Below, piece by piece: positions 40,271 through 56,299 of a DNA stretch of 64,000 nt (positions are counted from its first letter, which is position 1; each line of letters opens with the position of its first letter). The stretch lies in NCBI RefSeq assembly GCF_006345805.1, contig NC_042998.1:201376001-201440000 (forward strand), read 5' to 3'. The notes below the pieces were generated by a model that saw only the letters and a program-made list of their open reading frames with translations, had not been told where the DNA came from and did not search any database. The position numbers and the translations under genes were made by a program. This DNA is from Octopus sinensis (Eukaryota).

Positions 40271-43160
40271 AGCGATATATCTATCTATCTACTTGTATAT
40301 GTGTTTGCGTGCATGTGTGCGTGTGTGTGTGTATGTGTGTCCCTTTGTATGTATGCATTTATACATATGTGTGTGTTTATATATATGTTACATAGATAAA
40401 GTAAGCTTTTGTAAGCGCACATTAATTTGAGATGCATTTAAGCACATGCTGAGGAATATACTGACAATCTCCCATCTTAACTTCAAAGATGTTGTCCAAG
40501 GAAAGACCGCTGCCTTTTATTCGATAGAGAATTATCTAACATGGTCAAGTTGCCTTTATGACAACATCCCAACACGTCTAGTTATATGAAACATATGATT
40601 AAATGCTAGAGTGTGTTTTCCATTTCATTTCTTAGTTTATTGAAAATAGTCATTCTCAAGTTTGATTTGGTGAACATGGATACTCTAACTATGGCCCTGA
40701 CACGTACTTTGACCAAACGAAATAACACATGATTTATCCATTAAAAATTGTGTTCAGAAGTCAAATTACTGTCAAAGAGTTACGAGATGACTCTGGTTCA
40801 TAAAAATGGAAATGTTTAAAGGTATAATACAGATGATGGTTGTTCGTATGAGTAAAAGAAGGTGCCTCATTCGCAATAGAAAATACAGTTACTAAAATCA
40901 TCTTTCATAAGTACTCAAACTATAAAGTTGAATGTGTAATATATATCAACAACGTATAAGGCCATCTTTCGGGGCTTACTACTGTATTTGTTGATTCTTC
41001 AGTTATCTTCAATTATTTTGGAGTTTCTTCAATTATTTACTAAATCTTAAGAACATAGTGTAGTAATCCTGAAAAGGTATCGATACATGTTTAGAAATAA
41101 AGACAGAAAATTAAGAAATACTAGAAATAGCAAAATTTTTTCACCTCGACGAGGAGCAGCCGGAGGCGAACGATGTTTTCTGTTGATATTCCTGCAGTTT
41201 CCTTCTTCTAATGACACTATGAAACTTGGATATACATGTATTCTGCGATATCAACTGACGGCAAAGCTGAACGTAGAGCCAAAATGTTTTTTTCTCTATT
41301 TATTGTTCTTAGCAGCAAATTTTAGAAAAGAAATATCGAACCTTATCATTTATGGAATGCTAAAACTAGAGCATCTGCAGGCAACGTATTCGCACCATAT
41401 TTGAAGAATTCTCATAACAGGTAAAGTTATTTTTAAGTAGTTACGTTATTCCAACTAGAGAGTATCTTCTAGCTATGATGTAAAAATCTCAAGTATCCAC
41501 AGTTAGTGTAACTGAAAGAATAAGAATTGTGCAAATCACTTTAATGCAAACAAAATGTTTCAATCTGGCTACGATAATCCTATATATTTTATGTTGCTTT
41601 TGTTTATTTGTATGGGCTTACGCAGAAGTGTTCTTTAAAATTTCTATCTTCCAAAAAGTGAACTATCCATATTTTATACTGAATAAGAATGATATGAAAG
41701 CAATATATTTTGAGACGATGTTTTGTTCAAAAAGTTGTTGCATAACATCTAAGCTTGAAAATTCCAAGCATCGTTCCTGCAAAAATGGAAGTCCTAAAAA
41801 GGAAGATCACTGTTCGTTAGGGGAATTCGTTCAATTTGTCACTAATTGATAGTACGAAAAAATTCAATTTGTTGGAAAAGAATTTTAAAAAAATAAATAA
41901 ATGACAAACTGCATTTTTTAATTAGAAAATGTGAATCTTACCATCTTAAAAACATTAGCAGGATCTAGGGTATCAGATGCTTTACTTAATCCTATTGCCA
42001 CACAAATAATTGTCAGGAGTCTTAATGGAAATTCGTTAATGTATCACTTATACATCATTTTATGAGATTAAATCCTTCTAAGTCGATAATTTATTGTAAT
42101 GACATTCGTTGTCTGAACACACATCGATTGTCATCCATCCTTAAACCACAATTAGTTATAACAACTCTCCTCCTTGAAAAATTATTTTCATCCTGGGTAG
42201 CATTGAAAACGAAGAAAATAATTCACATAAGTGTATCGATTCGGAAAAGGAATTTGAACTTCACTGGAGTAAATGAACATTCTAGTCATGGGGGATTAAT
42301 TATTTTACATGTTAGAAAACATTTTTCCATGTAACAAACTTACATTTGTACACTGCTTGTATACGAATTTTGCAATATGGAAACTGAAAAAAACATTTTC
42401 ATATTTTGTGCGAATTCCTGCGTGAATTAGGAAACGACAGCAAATAAATTCTTATATTTTATTTCCTTTCTTCAGTCTTTCTATTTCTTCTCTCTCTCGC
42501 AGTTTACTTTGTATAAATCTACGATAATCAAAATTTGAATAATATAAACTGTTTTGAATTTGGTTAATACTATATATTTAACCAATTAACACAATTTATT
42601 AGTAACAAAAGTAGAGAGATAGGTGTGAGATAAACATATCTAAATGATTAATGAATTTGAGTCGCGATAGAATTAAATTTTGAAACATTTCCAAGGAGTG
42701 ATGGCACTGCCTTACAGCATGTCTTTCAAATATTTATTGTTTTGAGAAGCAGTTAAACAACGTTGGCATTGTTCATTGTGTTAGTGTAACATTTTTCAGT
42801 TGATGTCGTAGAAAGTAAAAACTCAGAGTGATTGTTTAAAGCAACTATCTCTTCAGAAGAACTCTCTCATAAATCTATCTAAGAAAAAATGCTATAATGA
42901 ATACTTTCGAATGGACTCGGTGCCACATCACAAGCATTCTAGTCGCTTCGCATATAAAATATTTGGTGTCATGAGCAAATACTATGATAAAAAATAAAGC
43001 AAACCCCAGATTCTCCTGTTAATTATCTAAAAGTTTAAGAACTTACAGATAGTTTCAATATTCCAACGAAATTGCGAAAAAAGAAATGGAATCATTAACG
43101 CTTCAGAGTATTTGCCGTTCTGTGAGATTTCTATCGTTTTTATGTATATATATATAGTCG

Positions 43161-43503
43161 CCTACACTCGCCTCCTTATGAGAGCTCAAAATCTCTCGTG
43201 GAAGCGCCATCCAACCAAAATGCAAATATATGGGAAACTACCACCTATGTCATCTCTTGTGAAAGGTAGGAGAATCCAGTTTGCTGGACATTGTTGTAGA
43301 GCTGAAAAAGAGGTAATTTCTACTCTTCTCCTCTGGAAGCCATCTACTCGCAATACCAGAGGACGCACACTCTCCTACCCTGATGTAATCTCCAGGGATA
43401 CAGGCATCCAGCAACAGGACCTCCGTAATGCCATGATGGACCGTGAAGTCTGGCGTAGCATGGTAAATTCCATTGTCTCGACCAAGGTCGAACAATGATG
43501 ATG
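43161..43503 (+). mobile_element. young 5'-truncated RTE-type LINE fragment with (TGA)n tail and 11-bp TSD
   Basis: Open frame YTRLLMRAQNLSWKRH..RRIQFAGHC..LLLWKP..RGR..MMDREVWR; TSD atatatagtcg at 43150-43160 and 43504-43514. Confidence 0.9.
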
Positions 43504-46374
43504 ATATATAGTCGGAAATGCTCTCTCGTCTTGGTTTACGTAAAGTTGAGCATTACTACAGCAATATCCCTTGTATATAACAGTGGCTAATACTTAAACG
43601 TTATTACAAGTATTAATGGAAAAGCAAGGAAAATACTTGAGAGAAAAGCAAATAATTACAAAGCATTTTTTAAACATATATTCTCTCAGTTCTCTCATAA
43701 TTATCCAAAGTTTGTATAGCGTACCTAAGCTTTTTGTATTAACACTCCGGAACACGAAATAATAAGATGCAAGATACAGTAGTCAAGATTTTGTTTTAAT
43801 TTGAAACACCGACCCAAAATACTACTGCAGTAATTGTTTTACTATCACTGTACTAATCAAACTGAAATAGAATTTACTACTAGAAGGAGTATTAATTTGA
43901 TAGTTGAAAGTGTTTTTGCATATGTTACTGAGAAATTGGTCGCTAGCTAAATAAATAGAAATGCGTTAAACTGTAATTTTAAAATTTCAAGAACTGTGCT
44001 ACATTAAATCTTAAAAACGGACGTTAATTGACTCGATTCTTTGTAGTATTCTAACGTTTGCTAATGGATATAAAGAAAGACGAAAAATTAGTTCTCTTAT
44101 ATACACATGAACATGTATTCTCATGTAGTTTCAGCTGCTCTACTCATTCTATACTAGATATTCTCTCCGAATCTACATGATGACGAAATCAAAATAACTC
44201 AAAATATCCATCACATTAAGTAAAACCCATGCTGCTTTGAATTAAGTGAGTAATTTTGGCGCTCAAATTTCTATATGCTTATCAAGCACTTTCTTTTTAA
44301 ACCAGTAAATTACACCACAGAGACTGTTTCAGTCTCAGAGAACCTCATGGCACAGTAGTATTTTCCTTAGATTTGTATTCTATATAAACCAGTCTAATTC
44401 TCTGACTTGTCCGCCGATTAATGCTCCGTCGACGCAAAGTATTTATCGGCTTTTTAGAACTAGTTACACATGCATATCTTCAACATTATCAAATGAATCT
44501 TCATACATCACATGCTTTTCTGTGTAACGTTACGTTCGATGAGGATATTGTATGGCCCCGGTTCACATTGCGATTATATAAGCAAATGGAACGTTCTTCG
44601 TTAAAGTGATGCTTGATATCCATGGAGTTGGACACAGATTCGTTAATAGTATTATGCATAGCTAAATGATACTATATTAGATTGTACCTTTTATTTAGAA
44701 AACCTTACTGTAACCTAAATGCATCTACTACGTAAATACATTACAATTTTAGAACTTTCTTGGTAGAGGATAAATTCATTGCACATATGGTTCGTTAATT
44801 TGCAATTATTTTGAGGGCGAGTGGAAATGAACATATATAGCGGTTTTGCCTGCAGGGGAATTGGCAAAGCAATGATTACCTGTCGTGAACGTTTCTGTAA
44901 ATGTGAATTATTCTCCATGGTGATTCAAGTACTTGTTGCAGTTTCATACGGATTGTTGAATGTCAGAAATGAATATTAATACATCAAAAAAAATGTTAGG
45001 ACCGAATCACAACTTGGATTTCTATAATTTCCTCAAGATATTCCATGATGATTTCTTTCTTCTAACGTTTCCATATACATAGTGTGTATATATCCAAATG
45101 GTAGAAAGAACTCCCAGGAAGAATTTAGTTATAATTTTAACAGGTCAACGAACTGCGTATAGATCTCTGCGTATGAACTTTACGCCATCGCATTTATAAT
45201 GGCCAGCTTCGTCTCGTCCATGTCGATCCTTCACCAACATTTGTACGACTACGTATCTGGCATAGCGCTGCATGATCATGAGCGATACGTGCTTAAACTA
45301 CGGAAACTAATTTATTAATATAAACGAGAATGAATAAAATATATATGATGACATTAATTGAAAGAGCTCACTGCATGTAGTAATGGCAGTATTTTTGAAA
45401 CGTATCCTATGTAAACGTAGTTGATTTTGAAGTGAAGTAAGAAGAAAGACCGCATAATAAATTTACATTGATATATCACCTTGTGTTGAGAAAGAAAGCA
45501 AAATGATATTCAACAACGTTCATATTTATTTCAAAAGCCAAATAAATGTAAACATTGTGAAATCTATAGAAATCGTTAATCAAATTGGATTGTAGTTTCA
45601 GAGAGCTCTGAGATAGAATCAAATATTTTATAGTTTTCGATTTTGATGTCTAAGAAAGTCGATGAATAATCTAAAATTGAAGGATATAGCATATGTGTGT
45701 ATTGCCTTGTCGTACATCAAATTTCTACAGATTTCTGCAGAAGTGCGAGACACCATCTTAGATCTCAGTTAAATTTCATCGACCTATATAAAACCATGAG
45801 CGACGCTGATAGAAAAGCATTTTAACCATGAGCAATGCAGAATATATTTTTTATGAAAAAATTGGCACAATATATTTTTGATTAGTGTTTCATTATCTTA
45901 ACAATTCTACAACTGTTAAATACATAATAAAACTGAAATATTTTATTGAATTTTTTTTTATATGGCAATATAAGAGTTCAAAAACACATTTTAAATACAG
46001 AATTGAGTATTAGGCCATGCTACGTTTTATTGTTTAGTGGTGCACATTGATTCATTTCTAGTAAACACAATCCACGATAATCTGATAGACGAATCTAGTC
46101 ATTTCAAATTATTAAGTTGCTATTGTTAACGTGATTGTACACGTTGGCTTGACGTGCTGTAACCAGCACTGAAATATCTCTCCAAACCTCATCTACTCGC
46201 CATAAAAATAAGGACACCCTGCAATATATAGCCATTGTAATAGAAAAATACAACTTGATAGTGGAAGATTACTAAAATAGTGAAATGATTTCCAAAATAG
46301 CATTATTACATACAAGAAAATTTTACGCACGTGTACAAACATACACACATATATACAGACTAAATAGAAATTAA

Positions 46375-46622
46375 ATATGCCCTTTTAAAGCCTAGCCATG
46401 CTCATGGACCCGGTTTCCCGGTTGCTATAGCGTATGTGTTCCCTAGTTTGACGGAACGCCAGTCCATCGCAGCGTTACTCATTTTTGCCAGCTGAGTGGA
46501 CTGGAGCAACGTGAAATGAAGCGTTTTGAACAAGAACACAACACGTCGCCCAGTCTAGGAATCGAAACCACAATCTTACGATCATGATGCTGACACACTA
46601 ACCACTAAGCCACGTGTCTCCA
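46375..46622 (-). mobile_element. tRNA-derived SINE with CORE-like and V/Meta-like segments
   Basis: TGGCTTAGTGG and GGTTTCGATTCC boxes; ctgcgatggactggcgttccgtc segment. Confidence 0.8.
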
Positions 46623-47058
46623 CATATACAGAATTATGTACACACAAATTATAGATATATGTGTGTGTATATATGAATGTATGCTACTGAATTGATTCGT
46701 ATAAACGATTAACCCAAATTTCATACAAAGAAAGTTCTCTAATTCAATTTTTGAAGCCATATAAAATTATTTTTTTATTCGACATTAGACATTATATATT
46801 TCATTTGACTTAAAATTAATTGATTATTTCTCTCCACGCTTTTTAGCGTAAGCTATAAATATCATACTTATATATTTCCACCATTTAATTAGAAGTTCCC
46901 TAACAATTGTATTTGTAAAATAATTTCAGGATGTGATACACGTGATCTACAAGAATTGTTTTCATGTATGTATGTATGTATGTATGTAGGTATGTATGTA
47001 TGCATGTATGCATGTAAGTATGTATGTATGTATGTATGTATGTATGTATGTATGTATG

Positions 47059-47094
<36 letters not shown>

Positions 47095-47779
47095 GATCTA
47101 TGTATGTATGTATGTATGTATGTATGTATGTATCTATCTATCTATCAGAGCCTCTGCCTCTGTGTGTAAACATTATTGAATGAGAGAGAGCAGTGCATGC
47201 CATAAAATGGACACTAGGGTAACATATACGAATCCTAGTATACTCATCATGACTACCTGTCTGTTAAGGGTATACCAGGCACATGCATCGCAACCACATG
47301 TGCGCGACATGGTGATCTCATATCAAGATAAACAGCGCATGATTTTGCAGTCGGGGTAGACCATCCCGCTCAAAAGCTCCCTAAATAAAGTTTGTTCAAG
47401 GATGTTGAATGAAACACTTACCTTTTCCAGAGGGTAATTATCCGAACCTTCAAAAATTCCTCTCAACGCACGGCTATGATTCTCCCTCAGTACTTCTTCT
47501 CGTGATCAGAGTTGTACATATCGTCAGTCACAACGAGACATGCTCATCTGGTTAAGGTCAAACAACTGACAAGCAAATCTGTGGTATTGAGCAAATATTT
47601 GCTGTAGCCCATCTTTTATACGAAAACTAAACAATGCACATGATAACACTTTCTGTCAGTTAAGATCAGTAGCCATGAGACCTACGGTCTTGCACTGCAT
47701 TAGGGTTTATTATTATTATATTATTTTAAAATGACTGATATAAATCTTCACCAAGGTAAACAGTCAAGACGAAGAGCAC

Positions 47780-48958
47780 GATTCGATTGTACTAGATATT
47801 TTATTGGTTGAACGATATTTCGACTTTAAGTGTGTCTTTGCTGAGTTCAAAATATAAAGTGATAGAAATTAAAATTTAAAATATGAACGACAGAAACCAT
47901 CGTCCACACGCTGATGGAATGACATCATTAGTCTTTAAGTTTCAATTTTATAACAGGCGAAAAGGGGACAAAAAGAAAGAGGAAAGAAAAAAGAAGAATA
48001 TTTAATCAAACAGTTTTGTATGAATTTGATGGCATTCTGTCATTTTAATTATTCTTCCAGAGTGTAATGTTAATAACCCGAAAACATATTTCTCCTCATT
48101 CAATATGAAATGTGAAAGTGAATCAGATTCAGAATAATTTCTGAGAATATGCACTATCAACTCTTTTGCAAAATCGCAGCCGTTTGAAGCAAAAAGTTCA
48201 GCAGGTTAAGATGCCTGATGTCATATCTGTGCCCCATAAATCTTTTGTTTAATTGTTCTGTTGTACAACTATCATAAATCAAGTTGTGTTTCGTGCATTC
48301 TGCTACGTACGCCAGATTGGAATCTCTACATGCCCCACCTTCTGTAGAAATCATAACATTTCTGTTATGATTCTTGATGGAATTCACTTGACTCATATTG
48401 TTGCAAAATGAGCAGGGCTTACATATGTGCAGATATTCCAATGTTCGTTTTCTTGGAGTCAGAAGTAGAAGTCAATATTTCTCTTATGTTCTTGTTCCGT
48501 CTAAAGTCTACAATACGCGACTGAGGAAGCATCTGTTCGAATCTCGGATATTTTTCCACCAGATTCTGATAACTTTCGTACAACACTTTTGAAATGCCAA
48601 CGAAATTTAGTTGCCAGTGAATTATTAAATTGTGTCATCTATTGTATTTTGTTTGCTAAAATTATGCGTGAAGGTTTGACTGCCTTTGCTAATCTCAGCT
48701 ATTCCATTTGCTATTTCCTTTAATTGTAATTCACTGTAACCGCGCTTGACACAGATGTACAAAAGAATTTGCACGCTTCCAATAATCCACTATATCAGTA
48801 CAAATCTGTTTTGTCCTAAAAACTCGGCGTTTCAGATTATACCAATATGATGTGGATGATCGGAGCACCGATGGAGATAAATGTGGGATGACGTGGGCTT
48901 GCAAAATAAGTCTGCCCCCAGAAAACTTAACTTTTGTTTCAAAAAATTCAACGCCAGT
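47780..48958 (-). mobile_element. degenerate PLE (Neptune-like): RT thumb, Cys-rich linker, GIY-YIG
   Basis: DLFCKPTSSHIYLHRCSDHP; CKPCSFC..GGACRDSNLAYVAECTKHNLIY..TEQLNKRFMGHRYDI; decayed HHR-like gaac..gac/gtc-GAAATATC-gttc at ~47810-47848. Confidence 0.8.
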
Positions 48959-48959
48959 T

Positions 48960-49990
<1,031 letters not shown>

Positions 49991-50229
49991 TATATAGGAT
50001 TTAAAAATAGGATAAAATCTTTATAAGAATTTATCAAGTAGTTAGCGGGAAAAACCTCATAAGAGAAAAAAAAAACATCATTTTTTTCCCCTTTAAATGT
50101 ATTCATTTTTATTTTATAGAGGTAATTATTACACATAAATGCCACACGCTAGGAAGGACTTTGAAGTCAAAACTACTAAACTAAACATATCGTACCGAAA
50201 AAAATCTCGAAGCAAATCATTTAAAAACA

Positions 50230-50470
50230 GATTTCGTTACGATAGGTTTATTTTAGTAGTTTTGACATCGAAAGTCCCTCCTAGCGAAGGCAGGTGGTGT
50301 ACAAAACAAACATATGTATTAGTATAACGGTCAGGAATAGGAAAAAGTATTTACGTTTCGAGCCTACGCTCTTCTACAGAAAGGGACACAGAAAAAAACA
50401 AGGAGAGAAACAAGGAGAGAGAAAAAAGGAGAGAAAAATGTGTGTAGTGGCTAAGGATCTATCATGGCGG
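50230..50470 (-). mobile_element. PLE pseudo-LTR fragment, HHR-like CUGUAGA at ~50349-50383
   Basis: Similar to 27241-27430 and 55920-56100. Confidence 0.75.
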
Positions 50471-50640
<170 letters not shown>

Positions 50641-50656
50641 ATATACATTTCAAAAT

Positions 50657-50850
50657 GTGACCTCGCGATTTTTTTTCCCTCTGTCTTCCCTTCTCTGGAT
50701 CTTTCCTTCTCCTTTGCTTCCGACGAAGAGCTCCACTGGAAACATTAAGCCCTCCTTCTTTCCTTCTTTCCTGAGCGTCCAATAATGCTACATTTGTTCC
50801 ACGTCCTCGCGTTGTTGTTTTTTTGTGCTTTCTTGTTTGGATTAACTTTA
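50657..50850 (+). mobile_element. PLE pseudo-LTR 3' fragment, CCGACGA-type HHR at 50716-50750
   Basis: Aligns to 26990-27188; helix I gctt/aagc. Confidence 0.75.
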
Positions 50851-50883
50851 TAGATATACATACACACACACACATACACACAA

Positions 50884-50926
<43 letters not shown>

Positions 50927-51009
50927 CATCTGTGTGTGTGTGTGTGTGTGTATGTATCTATATATCGATCTATCTATGTGTGTATGTATATATATATATA
51001 TATACATAA

Positions 51010-51470
51010 TCAAATAGGGTAATAAAATGAATTATTATTACCAGTGGCCTAGCACAAAAGACGAATTAGTCCTTAGACTATATATTATTCATATAGAAAT
51101 ATAATAAAGGGCTTCCAAATAAGGAAGCGTAGTGCGAGAAACACAAAAAGGGATAAATTCATGAAAGGAATGACAATTAAAAACATTTACCATCTCAGCT
51201 ATATCCCAGACCGAACGGTTTCTACCTATTTTCAGCAAACAAACAGAATATATTTGCCAAGGCAAGGTTCTTCAGTGGGAAGCCTTCGTAATTCTAGAAG
51301 CACAGACTGTTAGAAGCACATGTAGATATAACGGTTTGTATATCCTAACTTTTCAAACCTCTGCGCAGACGCAAATCCTACCCGGCGACAGAGAGGATGC
51401 CGGTAAAAAATTTACGAACAAAATTTGTGTTTCTAACACTACGCTTCCTTATTTGGAAGCCTTTTATTAT
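51010..51470 (-). mobile_element. non-coding PLE pseudo-LTR-like element with inverted 5' segment
   Basis: 51101-51147 and 51424-51470 are inverted repeats flanking an HHR; bounded by (TA)n on both sides. Confidence 0.7.
51204..51280 (-). ncRNA. type-I hammerhead ribozyme, canonical core, extended helix II
   Basis: Minus strand: tccca-CTGAAGA-acct...aggt-a-GAAAC-CGTTCG-GTC-tggga. Confidence 0.85.
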
Positions 51471-51475
51471 GTTTA

Positions 51476-51576
<101 letters not shown>

Positions 51577-51767
51577 ATATAATCAACTGAAGCGTGGAAG
51601 ATATTTGTAAGCCATTTAAGAACCCAAAGCGATCACTAAATTCACTGCAGCGATTAAATTTGATTTGGGTCAACATATTTTCAGTGCTTTGAAACCGCGA
51701 CATGTTCACTGAAATAACGCCATGCTGCATCTGAGAGCCTGACAGTTAGTTCATGATATATAAGTGT

Positions 51768-51768
51768 T

Positions 51769-51802
<34 letters not shown>

Positions 51803-52070
51803 TGTATGTATGTGTGTATGTATGTATGTATGTATGTATGTATGTATGTATGTACGTATATATGTACGTATGTATATATGCATGTATGTGTGTATGTGAG
51901 CATCTACGTATGCATAGGTGTACATGCGTTTGCATACATATGCGCACATATGTATGTGTATATGCATGTACGAATGGGTATGTGTATATATAAATGTATA
52001 TATTATACGTATACTTATATATGTGTGTGCATGTATGCATGTATGTATGCATATACATATGTATATGTCT
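51768..52070. repeat. (TATG)n-derived microsatellite
   Basis: Visible directly. Confidence 0.9.
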
Positions 52071-52229
52071 ACGTAAATTACCAAAGGAAATTTATTTGAG
52101 TTTCACCGTTGCCTGTGACTGTAGAGACATATATGTGTAGATGGATAAAGGTATATATATGTATACTGTAAGATTATACGTATATATGTGTGTGTATATA
52201 CGTGTTTATATGATTGTGTGTGGTTGTAC

Positions 52230-52453
52230 ATATTTATTTTACTTGTTTCAGTCATTTGACTGCGGCCAAGCTGGAGCACCGCCTTTAGTTGAGCAAATCG
52301 ACACCGGGACTTATAGTACTTATTCTATCGGTCTTGTTTGCCGAACTGCTAAGTGACGGAGACGTAAACACACTAGCATCGGTTGTTAAGCAATAATAGG
52401 GGGACCATGTGGTTGGTTAGCAAGTTACTTATCACACAGCCACTCCTGCGCCT
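52230..52453 (-). mobile_element. SINE family A, internally deleted
   Basis: Tail joined directly to the tRNA head. Confidence 0.85.
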
Positions 52454-52559
52454 ATGTATATGGTACGTTTATATTAGCATGTATGTATCTAAGACATTGT
52501 ATCTATTCACTGTTAGACGATGGTGAAAGAAACATTCACGCACACACATATATGTATAC

Positions 52560-52626
<67 letters not shown>

Positions 52627-53359
52627 AACTTCGACAGAATATATATACAACTTGAACAGACACACATATCAGTATACACATATACACACATATGCAGATA
52701 CGTCTACACATTTATATAAGTAAATACTCACATACATACAAACATACATACATACATACATACATACTCACATACATACATACATACTCACATACATGCA
52801 TACATACATACATGCATACATACATACATACATACATACATACATACATACATACGTACTACGTACAGGCATTTATACATACATTAACATATATATCATG
52901 GACTGTTACTTTCTCATATGAAGCACAGAATTTTGTCAATGAACATGTCGCAGTTTCAAAGCGAGTAAAATATTTTGACACAAATTAAATTTAAATGTTG
53001 AAGTGAAAGCCGTTCTATATTAAAAACAGCATTAGATTATTGAGCAGTTGGGTAATTTCTCCCTATTGTATGATATTGTTCCTAAGTTGATGTGACAAGC
53101 ATTTTTAATCTAGCTATTTTGCGGATTACTTTATCCTGCAGCAAGCCTTTCAGAAGTATGAACTTTTTATCCTTTTCACACTAAGACCTTCGAGGCTTTT
53201 TTCCCGACATCTTATACTGCAGGTCACTCCAACAGCCAGGCAAACCAGCATTCCTACACGATCGATATGTAGGAAAATTTGTGGCACTAAAAGTACAGCT
53301 GTTTTCTGCGAGCAATGTCATGCCTTGTTTTACAGATGTAAAGTGAGAAAGGTAATATA

Positions 53360-53960
53360 TTTATTTTTTATTACCCACAAGGGGCTAAACACAGAGGGGA
53401 TAAACAAGGACAGACAGAAGGATTAATTCGATTACATCGACTCCGGTGTGTAACTGGCACTTATTTAATCGACCCCGAAAGGGTGAAAGGCAAATTCGAC
53501 CTCGGCGGAATTTGAACTCAGAACGTAGCAGCAGACGAAATACCTATTTCTTTACTACCCGCAAGGGGCTAAATACAGAGAGGACAAACAAGGACAGACA
53601 AACGGATTAAGTCGATTACATCGACCCCAGTGCGTAACTGGTACTTATTCAATCGACCCCGAAATTGTGAAAGGCAAAGTCGACCTCGGCGGAATTTGAA
53701 CTCAGAACGTAGCAGCAGATTAATACCTATTTCTTTACTACCCGCAAGGGGCTAAACACGGAGAGGACAAACAAGGACAGACAAACGGATTTACTCGATT
53801 GCATCGGCCCCAGTGCGTATCTGGTACTTTTTTAATTGACCTCGAAAAGATGAAAGGCAAAGTCGACCTCGGCGGAGTTTGAACTCAGAACGTAGCGGCA
53901 GACGAAATACCGCTATGCATTTCGCCCGACATGCTAATGTTTCTGCCAGCTCGCCACCAA
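53360..53960 (-). mobile_element. SINE family B tandem trimer
   Basis: One full and two head-truncated ~183-bp units; 15-bp TSD gagaaaggtaatata at 53345-53359 and 53961-53975. Confidence 0.92.
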
Positions 53961-54741
53961 GAGAAAGGTAATATAGCTAGGTGTTGGGCGAAGGAAGAAG
54001 TCTCTCCAGGCGACACCTTTACAGAGACACCTTGGTGCTGGTGTATAAACCTGTATTGGTTTACAGGCGGAGCAGTAACGGTATATCGCCTGTGCTACTG
54101 AAATATAAATCAGAAGAAGAAAGGGTGAAAGAAAGAGGCGGAAAGAAAGACTAGGTACTGAAATTTAGTTGAATGGTCACTTCGTTTATAGGAACTTATC
54201 TCTTAGCATGACGGACTTGAATGACGGTATACGCCCAAACACAAGGACACAGAAGTACATACAGACAAACATACACACACACACACAAACACACACACAC
54301 ATACCCTCCATTCACCCTCATATTGTTGACATAAAAAATTGGTATCATCAGACATTGTTATCATGCTGATATATTATAGCAATTGTTACCGATTAGTTAT
54401 TCAAAGGACGATTGTATTGAGGTTGGTGTTCTAATTTCTAATGGTTTTCGTTTCGGCGATGGTGTTGGTAGTGTTGGTTGGTTGCGGGGGTTGCACGTTG
54501 CTCTTCCTAATTGTATTGTCGTAACTGTTACTTTCATGTAAATCCTCACTGACCTAAGATCAAAGACTTTTATTCAACATATACAATACAATAATGTACT
54601 GCATTAATTCATCTCGTTGTCTTTTATATTAGATACAATTCCTTATGTTTTTTCATACTAATGATGCTGATCACTAAGGAGTTAGTGGCTTCATAATAAC
54701 CGTCAATATATTGATGATAGCGGCGATGGACATGGTGAAGC

Positions 54742-54774
<33 letters not shown>

Positions 54775-54834
54775 TGTGTGTGTGTGTGTATGTGTGTGTG
54801 TGTATGTGTGTGTTTGTATGTGTATATATAATAT

Positions 54835-54890
<56 letters not shown>

Positions 54891-55076
54891 TTATGTATGT
54901 ATATATATAATGTGTATATGTATATATTTATGTGTATATATATATGTATGTATAAAAAATATATATAAAAATACAAAATGGGACAAGAACGCAAAACACT
55001 CAAAGAGACGACATATATATGTATATATATGTGTGTATATATATGCACATATATATGAGTATATTTATATATGTAC

Positions 55077-56127
55077 ATTTGTACATCGGACAAACGGGAC
55101 GCCGCTTGGCTGACCGGTTCGCGGAACACCTTCGTGACATCCACCTTGCGAACGACACACCGGTCTCACGCCATTTCCGCTCCACCGGTCACTCCTTGCA
55201 ACACCTATCTGTGTTCGGTTTGTCCTTACACAGAGGCCATCCGGATTCCCGTTTGCGCCGTGAACAGGAATTAATCTTCTCTCTTCGCTCTTATACGCCA
55301 TTTGGTCTCAACTCTCCCCCCTCCTCATCTAACCCCCTCCCCCTCCTCACCTATCCTTTCTCCCCCCGACCCCTACTTCTTCAGTCCTTCATCCTTTCAC
55401 CCCTACTCCCCTTCCCTTCTTCCCTCTTTCTCCCTCCCTCTTCCCCTTCCCTCTGCTCCCTCTCTCCCCTTCCTTCTCCCCCATCCTCTCCTCTTCCCCT
55501 TCTCATCCCCCTCTTCTTCCCCTCCCCTTCTCTCCCCCCTCTTCTCCCCCTGCCCCTCTTCTCCTCACTACACCACATGACTTTACACATCACATCACAT
55601 ATGATGTGCCATACTAATACACACACCAACTAATACATACTAATACGTACTAATACATACTAGTACATACTAATACTTACACCAACCCTATACATACACA
55701 CGTCCAGACCAATCCTACGCACTAATACTCTCTCATACACACACACACACCCACCCTTATACATACTAATACATACACCAACCCTATACATACACACATC
55801 CAGACCCCTCCCACGCACTTTTAGCTGGTCCCTCAACCCATTTATCAACCCTATTATCTCCCCTTATTTCGCTCTCGCGTCTCATGTTTGATCTTTGACC
55901 TCTGGCCGAAATCAGATCGCCATGTTGATTCGTTAGCTACTGCACGCATTTTTTTTCTCTCCTTCTTTCTGTGTTTTTCTCTCTCTGTGTATCTTTCTGT
56001 TGAAGAGCGTAGGCTCGAAACGTTAAAGACTTGTTTTATTTATATTTCCTGAGCGCCATACTAATACAATTGTTCGTTTGTTTTCCACCTGCCTTCGTCT
56101 TTTGTTTATTTTCATAAAGCTTCCCGT
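55077..56127 (+). mobile_element. 5'-truncated Neptune-like PLE: GIY-YIG C-terminal part + CT-rich 3' region + pseudo-LTR
   Basis: [47 protein letters not shown]; variant HHR at 55992-56029; both ends in (TA)n. Confidence 0.9.
55992..56029 (+). ncRNA. minimal hammerhead-like motif, variant core CUGUUGA
   Basis: tcttt-CTGTTGA-a-gagc(gtag)gctc-GAAACGTT-aaaga. Confidence 0.65.
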
Positions 56128-56259
56128 TATGTATATATATATATGTTTATATAAATATATACGTATGTATATATATATATAAGTATATGTGTGTAAATAT
56201 ATATATATGTATATGTATGTGTGTATATATATGTATATATGTATGTGTATATATATATA

Positions 56260-56299
<40 letters not shown>

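Noticed and set aside
44300-45300. Possible decayed Helitron helicase or transposase remnant on the minus strand (PAGKT-like word)
   Set aside because: Too degenerate to support by eye; needs tBLASTn or an HMM search.
47180-47720. GC-richer block ending in (ATT)n, probably an interspersed repeat
   Set aside because: Single copy in the window, with no boxes, ORF or TIR to classify it.
53360-53960. CRISPR-like periodicity
   Set aside because: Whole ~183-bp units repeat with no unique spacers; it is a SINE trimer in eukaryotic DNA.
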